Shown: piece after piece, positions 26,376-35,366 of the stretch
Position numbering within the stretch: position 1 is the stretch's first letter
Layout of the letters: each line of letters begins with the position of its first letter
Source of the DNA: an uncultured delta proteobacterium
Lineage (GTDB): Bacteria > Desulfobacterota > RBG-13-43-22
NCBI GenBank assembly: GCA_963716045.1
Contig: CAVQSS010000012.1
Span: 66,482-130,481 of the forward strand
Direction of reading: 5' to 3'
Length of the DNA stretch: 64,000 nucleotides
Notes under the pieces: model-generated
Seen by the model: only the letters and a program-made list of their open reading frames with translations
What the model was told of the DNA's origin: nothing
The model's database searches: none
Translations under genes and position numbers: made by a program

Positions 26376-27806
26376 CTATATCCCCAGTTTCCCGGGATTC
26401 ATAATATCATTGGGGTCCAGGAGTTTTTTCACTTGTTTAAGCAGGGAAAGGTACCCTGGGTGGGCCCGCTGGTTGATCTCCCGGGCAAAGTCCACCGGGG
26501 GCTTGTAGGGCATGCCGCCGTGATCCAGATCAACCTTAAGACACTCCACAATGGCCAGTCGGGCGTTTTCCGTTTCCTGGGGGCTTTTTTTGTTGAAGGG
26601 GATCATGGCCCGGAGCATGCCGTAGTGGACCCCCCGGTACATGCTCATGCGAACCGAAGGAGAGAGGTTGTGCTCGATCAGGATTTTTTTCCAGTCGTTA
26701 TATACCGGGGCCCATTTGTTGGCCGGTGTAAAAGTGCCCGGCCAGGAAATGCCTGCCCCTCCCTGTTTACAGTAGTTTTTGGTGGAGCCCACGATCTGGC
26801 TGGGGAGCTGGGTTCGGGCCCGCAAGGCCTCTTCCGGGTATTGGGTTACCTGGAGGGAGGTCCCTTTCTTTTTCTCTTCTTCGACCACCGTTTCCCAGAT
26901 TTCTTCCCGGGCTTCCTTTTCCTTCTGGGTGAAGGAGTTGGTATTGGCAAAACTGAACCATTCCGGGGCGGAATCGGGTTTGGATTTGAAGGGATAGGGG
27001 ATGGGCACCTGGGCCAGCCACCAGGAAACGGCCGTCAGGTCGTCACAGATTTCATAGTTGCTCAGATTCATCATGTAGGAGACCATGTCTTCCACGTTCT
27101 CGCAGGAGACGGTAAAGACCTTCAAGACCGGCGGAATAGGATGAACGGTGATGCCCAGTTTGGTCACCACTCCGGTGGTGCCCAGCCAGCCTTTGAACAG
27201 GCCGTCCAGTTGGGGCAGGGGCAACACACTATGCCAGGCCTCGGGATTGACGGCGGAAGACCCGACGCGAACCAGCTCTCCGGAGGGCAGGACCACTTCC
27301 ATGCTGGTTATTTCCTGGCTGTTCAGGCCATAGCGGGCATTTAAGCCGCCAATACCATGGTTTATAGCGCAGGAAGAAACCGAAGCCGAGGGGGGGCCCA
27401 CCGGCCAACCGAAGCGCAGATTGTGTTTATAAAGGGCGCTGGCCAACTGGCCATGGGAGACCCCGGGTTCAATAACGGCATAGTGGGATTCGGTGTCTAT
27501 CTTGAGGATCTTATTCATCCGTTTCAGATCCAGAATGATTCCACCCCGTTCCGGTATGGTCAGGCCCCCGATATTGGTACCGGCCGTGTAGGGCACCACC
27601 GGGATCTTCTCCCGGTTGGCCAGTTCCAGGACCGCCTGGATCTGCTCCACGGTGGTGGCCATGACCACATAGTCCGGAAGCTTGGGTTGCACGAAGGACA
27701 TGTCATAGGAGTAGGCATAACGTATATGTTTGGAGGCGGTGGCATTCTTGGGGCCCACGATAGAGACCAACTCATTTAAAACGGCATCTTTGCTGGTGAC
27801 ATGCAT
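26376..27806 (-). CDS. FAD-binding oxidoreductase (PCMH-type, GlcD / D-2-hydroxyacid dehydrogenase family)
   Basis: FAD-binding domain pattern (IPVVPYTAGTNIGGLTIPERGGIILDL..IEPGVSHGQL). 476 aa. Paired with the CCG Fe-S subunit downstream. Confidence 0.8.
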   Translation of the reverse strand: MHVTSKDAVLNELVSIVGPKNATASKHIRYAYSYDMSFVQPKLPDYVVMATTVEQIQAVLELANREKIPVVPYTAGTNIGGLTIPERGGIILDLKRMNKILKIDTESHYAVIEPGVSHGQLASALYKHNLRFGWPVGPPSASVSSCAINHGIGGLNARYGLNSQEITSMEVVLPSGELVRVGSSAVNPEAWHSVLPLPQLDGLFKGWLGTTGVVTKLGITVHPIPPVLKVFTVSCENVEDMVSYMMNLSNYEICDDLTAVSWWLAQVPIPYPFKSKPDSAPEWFSFANTNSFTQKEKEAREEIWETVVEEEKKKGTSLQVTQYPEEALRARTQLPSQIVGSTKNYCKQGGAGISWPGTFTPANKWAPVYNDWKKILIEHNLSPSVRMSMYRGVHYGMLRAMIPFNKKSPQETENARLAIVECLKVDLDHGGMPYKPPVDFAREINQRAHPGYLSLLKQVKKLLDPNDIMNPGKLGI

Positions 27807-27821
27807 AAAATCCTCCTTTGC

Positions 27822-27900
27822 TTAGATTCTAACAGCCATTGTTCTGAGAATTTGTCTCTAACAATGGCTGTTAGAATCTAATTTCAAATTTTTTTGGTTA
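27822..27900 (-). repeat. Structured intercistronic hairpin element, copy 2 (perfect 22-bp stem)
   Basis: The stem ttagattctaacagccattgtt / aacaatggctgttagaatctaa is perfect and the loop is ctgagaatttgtctct. The AT-rich tail abuts the mmsA stop. On the minus strand the hairpin ends about 20 nt before the AAGGAGG RBS of the FAD oxidoreductase. Confidence 0.85.
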
Positions 27901-27904
27901 GGGA

Positions 27905-29422
27905 CTATTTTCGGGCGATGGTCCCTTCCCAGGTGCTGACCTTGGTCTCTTTTTTCTCCTCTTCGCCGAACCAGCGGGAGGTGACACATTTGGATTCCGT
28001 GTAGAAGGCCACCCCGTCTCGGCCCATAACATGGAGGTCGCCGAAAAAGGACTGCTTGTGACCGGAAAAGGGGAAGTAAGAGATGGGCACGGGAATGCCC
28101 ACGTTAACGCCGACCATGCCCGCATGGGTCCGCCGGGAGAATTCCCGGGCGTAATGGCCGCTCTGGGTAAAGATGGCCGACCCATTGGCGAAGGGACTGG
28201 CGTTCATGATGGCCATTCCTTCTTCAAAGTCCTTCACCCGTTTGATGGAGGTCACGGGACCGAAAATCTCGGAGTCACCCACGCTCATCCCGGGCAGGAC
28301 GTGATCAAAAATAGTGGGGCCGATGAAATGACCGTTTTCAAATCCGGGAACGACGATGTCCCGTCCGTCAAGGACCAGTTTCGCGCCCTCGGCGATACCC
28401 TTGTCAATCCATTCGAGGACGGATTTTTTGTGTTCAGCCGATACCAACGGTCCCAGTTCCGTATCGGGATGGTAGGCGCAGCCGATCTTGCGCTCTTTGG
28501 CGAACTTGACCAGGTAACCCATAAACTCATCGGCACAGGCCTCTTCCACACAGAGGGAGGGCAAGGCCATACAGCGCATCCCGGCACATCCAAAGGTCGA
28601 GTTGATAATCCCCAGGGCAGAGCGCTCCAGCGCGGCATCCCGCATAACCAGGGCATGGTTTTTGGCCTCGCAAAGGGCCTGCACTCTTTTTCCGTGGGCC
28701 GCCGCTGTGGAATAAATATGTAAGCCCACTGCCGTGGACCCCACATAAGAAATCCCCTTGATGTCGGGGTGCTTCAGAAGTAATCCGGCTTCATCACGGC
28801 TGCAGGTCACCATATTCACTACTCCCGGCGGCATACCGGCTTCGATGAGCAGCTCCAGAACCCGTGCTGCCGTCTGGGGCGTCAAACTGGCCGCCTTGAG
28901 TACAAAGGTATTACCCATGGTGATGCACAGAGGAATCATCCAGCCGAAGGGGATCATGGCCGGGAAATTGAAGGGTACGATCCCGGCAAAAACACCGATC
29001 GGTTCACGGTACAAGACGGTATCGTGACCGGTGGATACATTCATCAGAGCGTCTCCCTGCATGAGCACCGGAGCGGCACAGGCCAACTCCACAACCTCGA
29101 TACTCTTGAAGATATCCCCTCGAGCTTCATCCAGATTTTTGCCCAGTTCCATGGAAACCGAAAGGGTCAATTCCTCAAGATGCGCTTCGAGCAGTTCCCT
29201 GAAACGGAACATCAAGGCGGTTCTCTGCTGTATAGGCTTGCTCGACCATGCCGGATAGGCCGCTTTAGCCGCCGCCACAGCGCTTTCCACTTCATTATCA
29301 GTGCAACAGGGGGCTGTCGCCATTATCTCACCCGTGCTGGAATTCGTCACCGGCATACATTTGCCTGTGCTGGATTCCCGCCACTCGTTGTTGACACAAT
29401 ACTTCAAATTTTTGAGTGCCAT
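27905..29422 (-). CDS. mmsA: CoA-acylating methylmalonate-semialdehyde / malonate-semialdehyde dehydrogenase
   Basis: 505-aa ALDH-superfamily protein. The C-terminus GVNVGIPVPISYFPFSGHKQSFFGDLHVMGRDGVAFYTESKCVTSRW is characteristic of MmsA. Confidence 0.85.
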   Translation of the reverse strand: MALKNLKYCVNNEWRESSTGKCMPVTNSSTGEIMATAPCCTDNEVESAVAAAKAAYPAWSSKPIQQRTALMFRFRELLEAHLEELTLSVSMELGKNLDEARGDIFKSIEVVELACAAPVLMQGDALMNVSTGHDTVLYREPIGVFAGIVPFNFPAMIPFGWMIPLCITMGNTFVLKAASLTPQTAARVLELLIEAGMPPGVVNMVTCSRDEAGLLLKHPDIKGISYVGSTAVGLHIYSTAAAHGKRVQALCEAKNHALVMRDAALERSALGIINSTFGCAGMRCMALPSLCVEEACADEFMGYLVKFAKERKIGCAYHPDTELGPLVSAEHKKSVLEWIDKGIAEGAKLVLDGRDIVVPGFENGHFIGPTIFDHVLPGMSVGDSEIFGPVTSIKRVKDFEEGMAIMNASPFANGSAIFTQSGHYAREFSRRTHAGMVGVNVGIPVPISYFPFSGHKQSFFGDLHVMGRDGVAFYTESKCVTSRWFGEEEKKETKVSTWEGTIARK

Positions 29423-29493
29423 ATCCTATCCTCCCCGTATGTGGTCTTTGTTTTTTTTAGTATTATTAATGAATGATGGTCTCGCTAAAAGTC

Positions 29494-29578
29494 GTCATTG
29501 CGAGCGAAGCGAAGCAATCCCCCGGTGCAAGTAGCTGATTCCTGGAGATTGCTTCGTCGCTTCACTCCTCGCAATGAC
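29494..29578. repeat. Full palindromic copy of the CATTGCGAG...GAAGCAATC repeat
   Basis: gtcattgcgagcgaagcgaagcaatcc (29494-29520) faces ggagattgcttcgtcgcttcactcctcgcaatgac (29544-29578). Confidence 0.85.
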
Positions 29579-29615
29579 TGCTTATAAAACTTTTTGCGAA
29601 TTCATCAATGAATAA

Positions 29616-30506
29616 CTATAACGAACGTTTGGTTATGCCGGTCGGGGGTTGGGAAGCCAGATACAGCGGGCTGGTCCCCACCCGCTTCAAAATTACCCCC
29701 CGGTTTTTCATCAGCGGATCTCCCTCGGCTACCACCCGGGCCCCCGGGTTCAGGAGCAGGTGCCAATGATTGCCGTTCCAGGTCTGGGGAAATTCCAACG
29801 GATCAAAGGGGTCTGTTTTGGTAGCCAGAGCCATGTATTTGCCCACCGCGATGATGTCGTTGGCCATGGCCACCTGGGAGGCTACCGGGTCTTTCTGGAT
29901 CAGGCATTCCAGAATGAGCCGATGGGACTTACGCACCTCCCGGTAAAAATCCTGCCCCAGGTTCAATTCCGCCTTGAGCCCTTTCAAGAGGTCGTCCACA
30001 AAATCAACCAAAACGGCCAACAGGGTGTTGCCCGCCATCCGGGCCAAATACCGGTGGAACCCGATTTCCTTGGTAACTTCATGCGTCCCGGAGGTGATCG
30101 TCCGGCCGATGATTTTTTTCAGATTAAGAATATCTTTTTCGGTGATTCTAGTGGCGGCGATCTGGGCCACGGTCGGTTCGATCAGGTAGCGCAACATGGT
30201 GATCTCTTTGACCGAGACTTTCTGGAGGTGAAGGAAGGTAATCAGGTTGTGGATAGTGGTGCGCATATCCACTTCTGCCACAAAAGCACCGCCGGAAGTC
30301 CCTTTGCGCATTTCGATCAGGCCCATGACTTCCAGGACCCTAAGGGCCTCCCGCAGGGTGCCTTTGCTTACCCCGAACTGGGTCAGGAGCTCCCTTTCGG
30401 AGGCTAGTTTGTCGCCCGGTTTCAACTGGCCGGAAAGAATAACATCCCGAATTTGATCGATAATTTTATCGGAAACCTTATCCGTTTTGTTGGCCGTCTG
30501 GAACAA
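29616..30506 (-). CDS. GntR-family (FadR/FCD-type) transcriptional regulator with a C-terminal extension
   Basis: wHTH LKPGDKLASERELLTQFGVSKGTLREALRVLEVMGLIEMRKGTSGG followed by an FCD-like helical domain. TTG start. Confidence 0.8.
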   Translation of the reverse strand: MFQTANKTDKVSDKIIDQIRDVILSGQLKPGDKLASERELLTQFGVSKGTLREALRVLEVMGLIEMRKGTSGGAFVAEVDMRTTIHNLITFLHLQKVSVKEITMLRYLIEPTVAQIAATRITEKDILNLKKIIGRTITSGTHEVTKEIGFHRYLARMAGNTLLAVLVDFVDDLLKGLKAELNLGQDFYREVRKSHRLILECLIQKDPVASQVAMANDIIAVGKYMALATKTDPFDPLEFPQTWNGNHWHLLLNPGARVVAEGDPLMKNRGVILKRVGTSPLYLASQPPTGITKRSL

Positions 30507-30616
30507 GAAAACCCTTTCTTGGGAAAGAAGGTGAGTTTGGGGGTTATCCTATACGGGGACAAATATCTCTGTCAAGGGAAATATTATAATAATTATATTT
30601 TTTATGCTATTTTTAT

Positions 30617-30646
30617 TTGACTTTTAATCCGGTCCTTTACTATGAT
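30617..30646 (+). promoter_or_regulatory. Candidate sigma70-type promoter for the ferredoxin/AOR-like/cytochrome cluster
   Basis: TTGACT (30617-30622), an 18-nt spacer and TATGAT (30641-30646), in the AT-rich region divergent from the GntR gene. Confidence 0.25.
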
Positions 30647-30719
30647 GATTTTGCCAAAAACGGCACTCCGGGAAACCCGGGGCCGGACGAGGGTTTAGTA
30701 CGAAAAAAGGAGATTCGCC

Positions 30720-31070
30720 ATGGGAGTCAAAATCGATCCGTTGAAATGCACGGCCTGCATGGCCTGCGAAATGGCCTGCGGGTATCATCGGGACGACGCT
30801 TTCGCGCTGCTCTCGGCCTGCATCGTTACCTACCGGACTAAAGAGAAAAAAGATTATTTCGGAGTGATATTGAAAGAGGAGGACAGCCTGGTCATCGCCC
30901 GGCCGGAAGGGCTGGAGGTAAAAAAGATCGGTGAGGTCGATGAAAAGTCCAAGGGCGATGCCTCGGCCAAACCCATGTTGCTCCGTGAACCCTGCGACCT
31001 CTGCCAGGACCGGGAGAGCGGCCCCCTGTGTTTGCAGTTCTGTCCGGTGGATGCCATCTACTTAGATTAA
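30720..31070 (+). CDS. Small 2x[4Fe-4S]-type ferredoxin-like protein
   Basis: CTACMACEMAC and CDLC...CLQFCP motifs. 116 aa. Confidence 0.8.
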   Translation: MGVKIDPLKCTACMACEMACGYHRDDAFALLSACIVTYRTKEKKDYFGVILKEEDSLVIARPEGLEVKKIGEVDEKSKGDASAKPMLLREPCDLCQDRESGPLCLQFCPVDAIYLD

Positions 31071-31081
31071 AGGAGATCTCC

Positions 31082-32389
31082 GTGGAATATCTTTCGTCCA
31101 ATAAAATAGCCATTGTGGATTTAGGGAAGGTCGAGGTCGGGGAAGAAGAACTGGAAGACTCCCTGGTTCAGGAAAAGATCGGCGGAGCCGGAATCACTAC
31201 CGCCTTATACCGGCGTTTCGAAGCCGAGGATCCCATCGTGATCGGAACCGGGCTGCTGACCGGCACCCTGGTCCCCGGGTCGGCCCTGGGTCTGGTGACG
31301 GCCAAAAGCCCTCTATCCGGTAAAGCGGCTCACGCCCCCTTGACCTTAACCCTAGGGATGGAGCTGAAGTTTTCCGGGTTTGATTATATCGTTATTAAGG
31401 GAGCTTCGGCCAAGCCGGTGTACCTGTGGCTCCATGACGGGATTCTGGATATTCAACCTGCGGATGAAATCTGGGGCCAGGATACTTTGGCCTCTACGGA
31501 TGCCATCCGCCTGACCCTGGGCGATGACCTGATCCAGGTTCTGACCATCGGCCCGTCCGGCGAAGCGGGGTCTTCCCTGTCCCAACTTATTGTCAATTAC
31601 TGGGGCAGCGGCGACCGCTGGGGTTTCGGCGGGCTGTTCGGTTCAAAAAAGCTGAAAGGGATTGCCGTCAGGGGCCTGGGGCTCCTGGAAATTTCCGACC
31701 CGGAGGGATTTATAGCCCGGTGTCAGTCCCTGCTTTCCGAAATCAAGCAAGGCTCCTGGGCCGGGAAAAAAGGCCTTCCGGATATGGCGGCCGCCCTGGG
31801 GGAGAATGACGTGGCCGGTTGGTTGGGGCCCATTATCCATCGCCACAAATCCTGCTTTAACACCCCTTTTGCCACCAATACCTTTGTTTACCTGGATGAA
31901 GACCCCAGGCTTTATAAGGAGCCCGATGGGGCCGATCCCGGCTTTCTAATTAACGACATCTACGGGCTCCTGGCCTTTAAAAAGATCGGACTTTCCGCCG
32001 TCGATGCCTGCCGTCTGCTGAAACATTGTGCCCGATTGGGCCTGGATCCGGCCGCCGTGGCCGAATTGAGCCTGAAAGCCGGGTACCGGGACGCCGAAAG
32101 CATCAGACAATCCTTAGCCAGACTGCAGGGAACCCTGGAATGTGTAGGGCAATCGCCTTTCAGTCCCTGGACCCCGATGAAACCGATCTTTGCCGATTTC
32201 GGGGTGGCAGCCGACGAGGCCTGGTGGAGACGCCGGCAGGCCCTGGCCTACATTTTTGGTATTCACCCCTTGTTCGCGCTCATGGCCCCGGAACTGACGG
32301 AGGATGTCCTGTCCGAACTGGCGGGCCTGGGAACGGGGATGGAGTTTACATCGGAAACGTTGGAAAAAGTGATGAACGACATTGGTTAA
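31082..32389 (+). CDS. Aldehyde:ferredoxin oxidoreductase (AOR)-family paralog, short and lacking the cluster-binding Cys motif
   Basis: AOR N-domain pattern (KIAIVDLGKVEVGEEEL..EKIGGAGITTALY ... GFDYIVIKGASAKPVYLWL..IWG) and LGLD-type segment (CARLGLDPAAV). The GTG at 31082 has AAGGAG 7 nt upstream. About 435 aa against about 600 for canonical AORs. Confidence 0.6.
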   Translation: MEYLSSNKIAIVDLGKVEVGEEELEDSLVQEKIGGAGITTALYRRFEAEDPIVIGTGLLTGTLVPGSALGLVTAKSPLSGKAAHAPLTLTLGMELKFSGFDYIVIKGASAKPVYLWLHDGILDIQPADEIWGQDTLASTDAIRLTLGDDLIQVLTIGPSGEAGSSLSQLIVNYWGSGDRWGFGGLFGSKKLKGIAVRGLGLLEISDPEGFIARCQSLLSEIKQGSWAGKKGLPDMAAALGENDVAGWLGPIIHRHKSCFNTPFATNTFVYLDEDPRLYKEPDGADPGFLINDIYGLLAFKKIGLSAVDACRLLKHCARLGLDPAAVAELSLKAGYRDAESIRQSLARLQGTLECVGQSPFSPWTPMKPIFADFGVAADEAWWRRRQALAYIFGIHPLFALMAPELTEDVLSELAGLGTGMEFTSETLEKVMNDIG

Positions 32390-32440
32390 CCGGCCATCAC
32401 TAAGCCTTTAGGGGGGAGAAGCGGTTTTGAATTTTGAAAA

Positions 32441-32489
32441 TTTGGTCATTTGGATTTGTTTCGGATTTCGGATTTCGGGTTTCGAATTT
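32441..32489. repeat. GAAATCCGAAAT-family repeat copy
   Basis: tttggtcatttggatttgtttcggatttcggatttcgggtttcgaattt is about 90% identical to 1545-1592. Confidence 0.85.
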
Positions 32490-32527
32490 CTTCATGTCTC
32501 TCTGGGTGATTAGGCCGGACTACCATC

Positions 32528-33727
32528 GTGGGGCCTCATTTGGAAAACCCTCCCATCGCCATCTACACCGGCCGCGGTAGTTCCCATTCCTGGCTTTGGT
32601 TCGTCGATATCTTCGAACGGGCCAACCTGACGGACTTGGCCTTTTTCGATCAGGACGACCTCAAGGCCGGGTGTCTGGAACAGAGCCGGGTCCTGGCCGT
32701 CTCGGGAGGGGATACCTTCGCCTTGGCGGAAGGTCTGGGCCAGGAAGGAGCCGCGGCTTTGGAGTCCTGGGTCCGAAACGGGGGCCTTTACCTGGGCTCC
32801 TGCGCCGGCGCCTACCTCCCCTTGTGTTCTTCGAAAGACCCGCTGGACCTTTTTAATTTTGTGGAAGCAAGAATCAGCAATCTGACTTCCATACTGCCGG
32901 AACCCAGGAAATTCAAAGAGAAGTTCAGCCAGCCATACGGCTGCTCCTTTATCTACCACCCGGTTCGAGAAGCGGTCCGAATTTCCGCCAACGGCCACGA
33001 GCCTTTTTCCGGGATAGGCGATTTCCCGGCCCCGCTTTACGGAGGCCCGGCCCTGATCCCGCAGAACACCATTGAAACCCTAGCCTGGTACAGCGGCTTC
33101 ACCGAAAAGACAGCCTTTCTGGTGGATCAGGAATTGGCCCGGGAAACCTTGATCGGGAAGGCGGCCGTAATTCGAAAAAGGATGGGTTCCGGCGCCTTCT
33201 ATTTGTTCGGCCCCCATCTGGAACATCCCCATTTCCTGAAAGCCAATCAATTGGTTATTGATACGATCCGGTTTGAACAGAAATCCGAACCAGGGGTTTC
33301 GGATTCCAAGCCCGAAGCGGAGTTGATTCGCGATCAGCGCCTGGTCAGGGATTGGGTCCGGGCGTTCAAACGGGAGTTGAGCAACGCCCGAATTGTGGTT
33401 TCCGGAATCGAAAACGATCCGATCTTCTGGCAGATCGGCCGCAAGATCTACGAACCGCTCAAGATGCGGGTCTTTCTGGAGGCCCTCTGGAAACGGATAC
33501 CAACGCTGGAAAAAGCAGGGTGGCTGGTGGTCCCGGGCCGGTGCCAGGGTTTGATTGAAAACGCCAGGGCCCTAACCGAAAAGGTGCGGCGCCTGAAATA
33601 TCGTTTGGATCAGAAACAGGAATCCACCCCGCTGGCGGAAGAGATTTTCAATCTCTTAAAACGTTTGGCTCCGGATTTCCTTTTACTTTACTTTGCCACT
33701 AAAAAGGTCGCCTTTCATGTGGCTTAA
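32528..33727 (+). CDS. Hypothetical protein with an N-terminal class-I glutamine-amidotransferase-like (BPL_N-like) domain
   Basis: IAIYTGRGSSHSWLWFVDIFE...VLAVSGGDTFALAEGLG...NGGLYLGSCAGAYL resembles the BPL_N/GATase1-like fold. The rest is unrecognised. GTG start. Confidence 0.4.
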   Translation: MGPHLENPPIAIYTGRGSSHSWLWFVDIFERANLTDLAFFDQDDLKAGCLEQSRVLAVSGGDTFALAEGLGQEGAAALESWVRNGGLYLGSCAGAYLPLCSSKDPLDLFNFVEARISNLTSILPEPRKFKEKFSQPYGCSFIYHPVREAVRISANGHEPFSGIGDFPAPLYGGPALIPQNTIETLAWYSGFTEKTAFLVDQELARETLIGKAAVIRKRMGSGAFYLFGPHLEHPHFLKANQLVIDTIRFEQKSEPGVSDSKPEAELIRDQRLVRDWVRAFKRELSNARIVVSGIENDPIFWQIGRKIYEPLKMRVFLEALWKRIPTLEKAGWLVVPGRCQGLIENARALTEKVRRLKYRLDQKQESTPLAEEIFNLLKRLAPDFLLLYFATKKVAFHVA

Positions 33728-34589
33728 TAAAAAAATGCCGCTGTTGTTTTTGGTTCACTCGCTGCTGGTGTGCGGAGTTCTGCTATTTGCCGGCCCGATC
33801 GGGGCCCGGGAGATCCCTCCCGACTCTACCTGGTTTATCGACTTGAGCCGCTTTTCCCGGTCCGCCCATGGGACCCTGAACTGTGAAGCCTGTCACGGGA
33901 CTATGAAAATACCGGGAAAGATCCATCCGGAGGCCAACGATCCTCAATTCCTTCGAAGGGAAGCCACCCGGATCTATGACTACGACCGCTGCCGATCCTG
34001 TCACCGCCCGGCTTATGAGCGCACTCGGTCAGGGGCCCATGCCCAGGCCCTGCAGAAGGAAAAGGAGGGGGCCGGTTCGGGAAGAACGGCGGATTCCCAA
34101 AAACATCCGGCCCCCGCCTGTGGGAACTGCCATTCCTCCCATTACGTTAAGGCCCATCGGTCTCGACTCGATCTCGGGCGCGAGATGACCGGAACCTGCG
34201 GCGCCTGTCACCCGGCCCAGGCCGCCTCTTACCTGGAAAATTCCCACGGCAAAAAGGCCGTCTATCTGGGAAAGATCAACTCCGCCTTCTGTACCGACTG
34301 CCACGGGGCGCACCAGTGCCGATCCCTGAAAGACCGGAAAGATGCCCTGGAGGCCTGTCAACGCTGCCACCCTCAGGCCCGGGAGCAGTTGGCCGGCTTC
34401 GTCATCCACGCCACCGATCGGGGCTTGACGGAAAAAGACCGGGATAAGAAGTACCGCATCGATGTGATCCGGACGGTCACCCTGGGGATGCTGGTGCTGG
34501 TCGTCGGTCTGGTGGCCTTTTTCTACGGGCACAGTTTTATCTGGCTCCTGCGGGAACTCCACGAAAAACTGAAAAGGCGCAGGCCATGA
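33717..34589 (+). CDS. Hexaheme c-type cytochrome with a C-terminal membrane anchor
   Basis: Six CxxCH motifs (CEACH, CRSCH, CGNCH, CGACH, CTDCH, CQRCH). Signal-like MWLNKKMPLLFLVHSLLVCGVLLFA and a C-terminal TM helix. The ORF is open from 33693. Confidence 0.85.
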   Translation: MWLNKKMPLLFLVHSLLVCGVLLFAGPIGAREIPPDSTWFIDLSRFSRSAHGTLNCEACHGTMKIPGKIHPEANDPQFLRREATRIYDYDRCRSCHRPAYERTRSGAHAQALQKEKEGAGSGRTADSQKHPAPACGNCHSSHYVKAHRSRLDLGREMTGTCGACHPAQAASYLENSHGKKAVYLGKINSAFCTDCHGAHQCRSLKDRKDALEACQRCHPQAREQLAGFVIHATDRGLTEKDRDKKYRIDVIRTVTLGMLVLVVGLVAFFYGHSFIWLLRELHEKLKRRRP

Positions 34590-35290
34590 GCGCCGACCGT
34601 CAGGAACATAATTCCATGATCCGGTTTCCGGTCATCCACCGGCTGCTGCACTGGGTCATCATGGTGGGCTTTATCAGCCTGGCGCTGACCGGCTTTTCCC
34701 TGAAGTTCAGTTCCCAGGCCTGGGCCCAGTGGATCGTTTCCCTGCTGGGGGGGGCCGGCTGGACCGGGTACTGGCACCGCTTCTGGGCGGTTATCACTTA
34801 CTGCGGCGTGGTGGCGCACCTGGGCTGGCTGTTCTATTTCAAAGCCGTTCTGAAGGGTCGCCTTACCGGACCGCAATCGGCTTTCCCCGGCGGCAAGGAT
34901 GTAAAGGACCTGACTGCGCATATCAAGTATTTCCTGGGGAGAGGACGTCCGCCTCAATTCAATCGATTTACCTACTGGGAAAAACTGGACTATTGGGCCA
35001 TGCTGGCAGGGATGAACACCATGGGTCTGACCGGATTGGTCTTGTGGTACCCCTTGTTTTTCAGCGGCTGGCTGCCCGGGTATTTTATCAACCTGGCCCG
35101 GATACTGCATTTGTACGAAGCCCTGCTGGCCGTGGCTTTGAAGTTTGTGGTCCACCTGGTCACCGCCCATCTGCGCCCGGAGGTCTACCCTTTGGACAAA
35201 TCCATTTTTGACGGAAAGACCACTCCGGAAAGGATGAAACAAGAACATCCCGGGGAGTGGGAGGAATGGGTGCGGAGGAAGAACGGTTAG
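34586..35290 (+). CDS. Membrane di-heme cytochrome b-like subunit (FdnI / Ni-Fe hydrogenase cytochrome b family)
   Basis: Four to five TM helices with conserved His (VIHRLLHWVIM.., WHRFW.., ILHLYEALL..VVHLVTAHL). The start overlaps the upstream stop (ATGA). Confidence 0.6.
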   Translation: MSADRQEHNSMIRFPVIHRLLHWVIMVGFISLALTGFSLKFSSQAWAQWIVSLLGGAGWTGYWHRFWAVITYCGVVAHLGWLFYFKAVLKGRLTGPQSAFPGGKDVKDLTAHIKYFLGRGRPPQFNRFTYWEKLDYWAMLAGMNTMGLTGLVLWYPLFFSGWLPGYFINLARILHLYEALLAVALKFVVHLVTAHLRPEVYPLDKSIFDGKTTPERMKQEHPGEWEEWVRRKNG

Positions 35291-35302
35291 TACGGGAATA
35301 AA

Positions 35303-35339
35303 GACGAACATCGAACATTGAACGTCCAACATCGAATTT
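35303..35339. repeat. GAACATCGAACATTGAACG-type repeat
   Basis: gacgaacatcgaacattgaacgtccaacatcgaattt matches the reverse complement of 46274-46306 (aaacgaacattgaacatcgaacgcccaacctcg). Confidence 0.75.
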
Positions 35340-35366
35340 AGAAACGTAGGGCAAGCGTCTCGCTGT

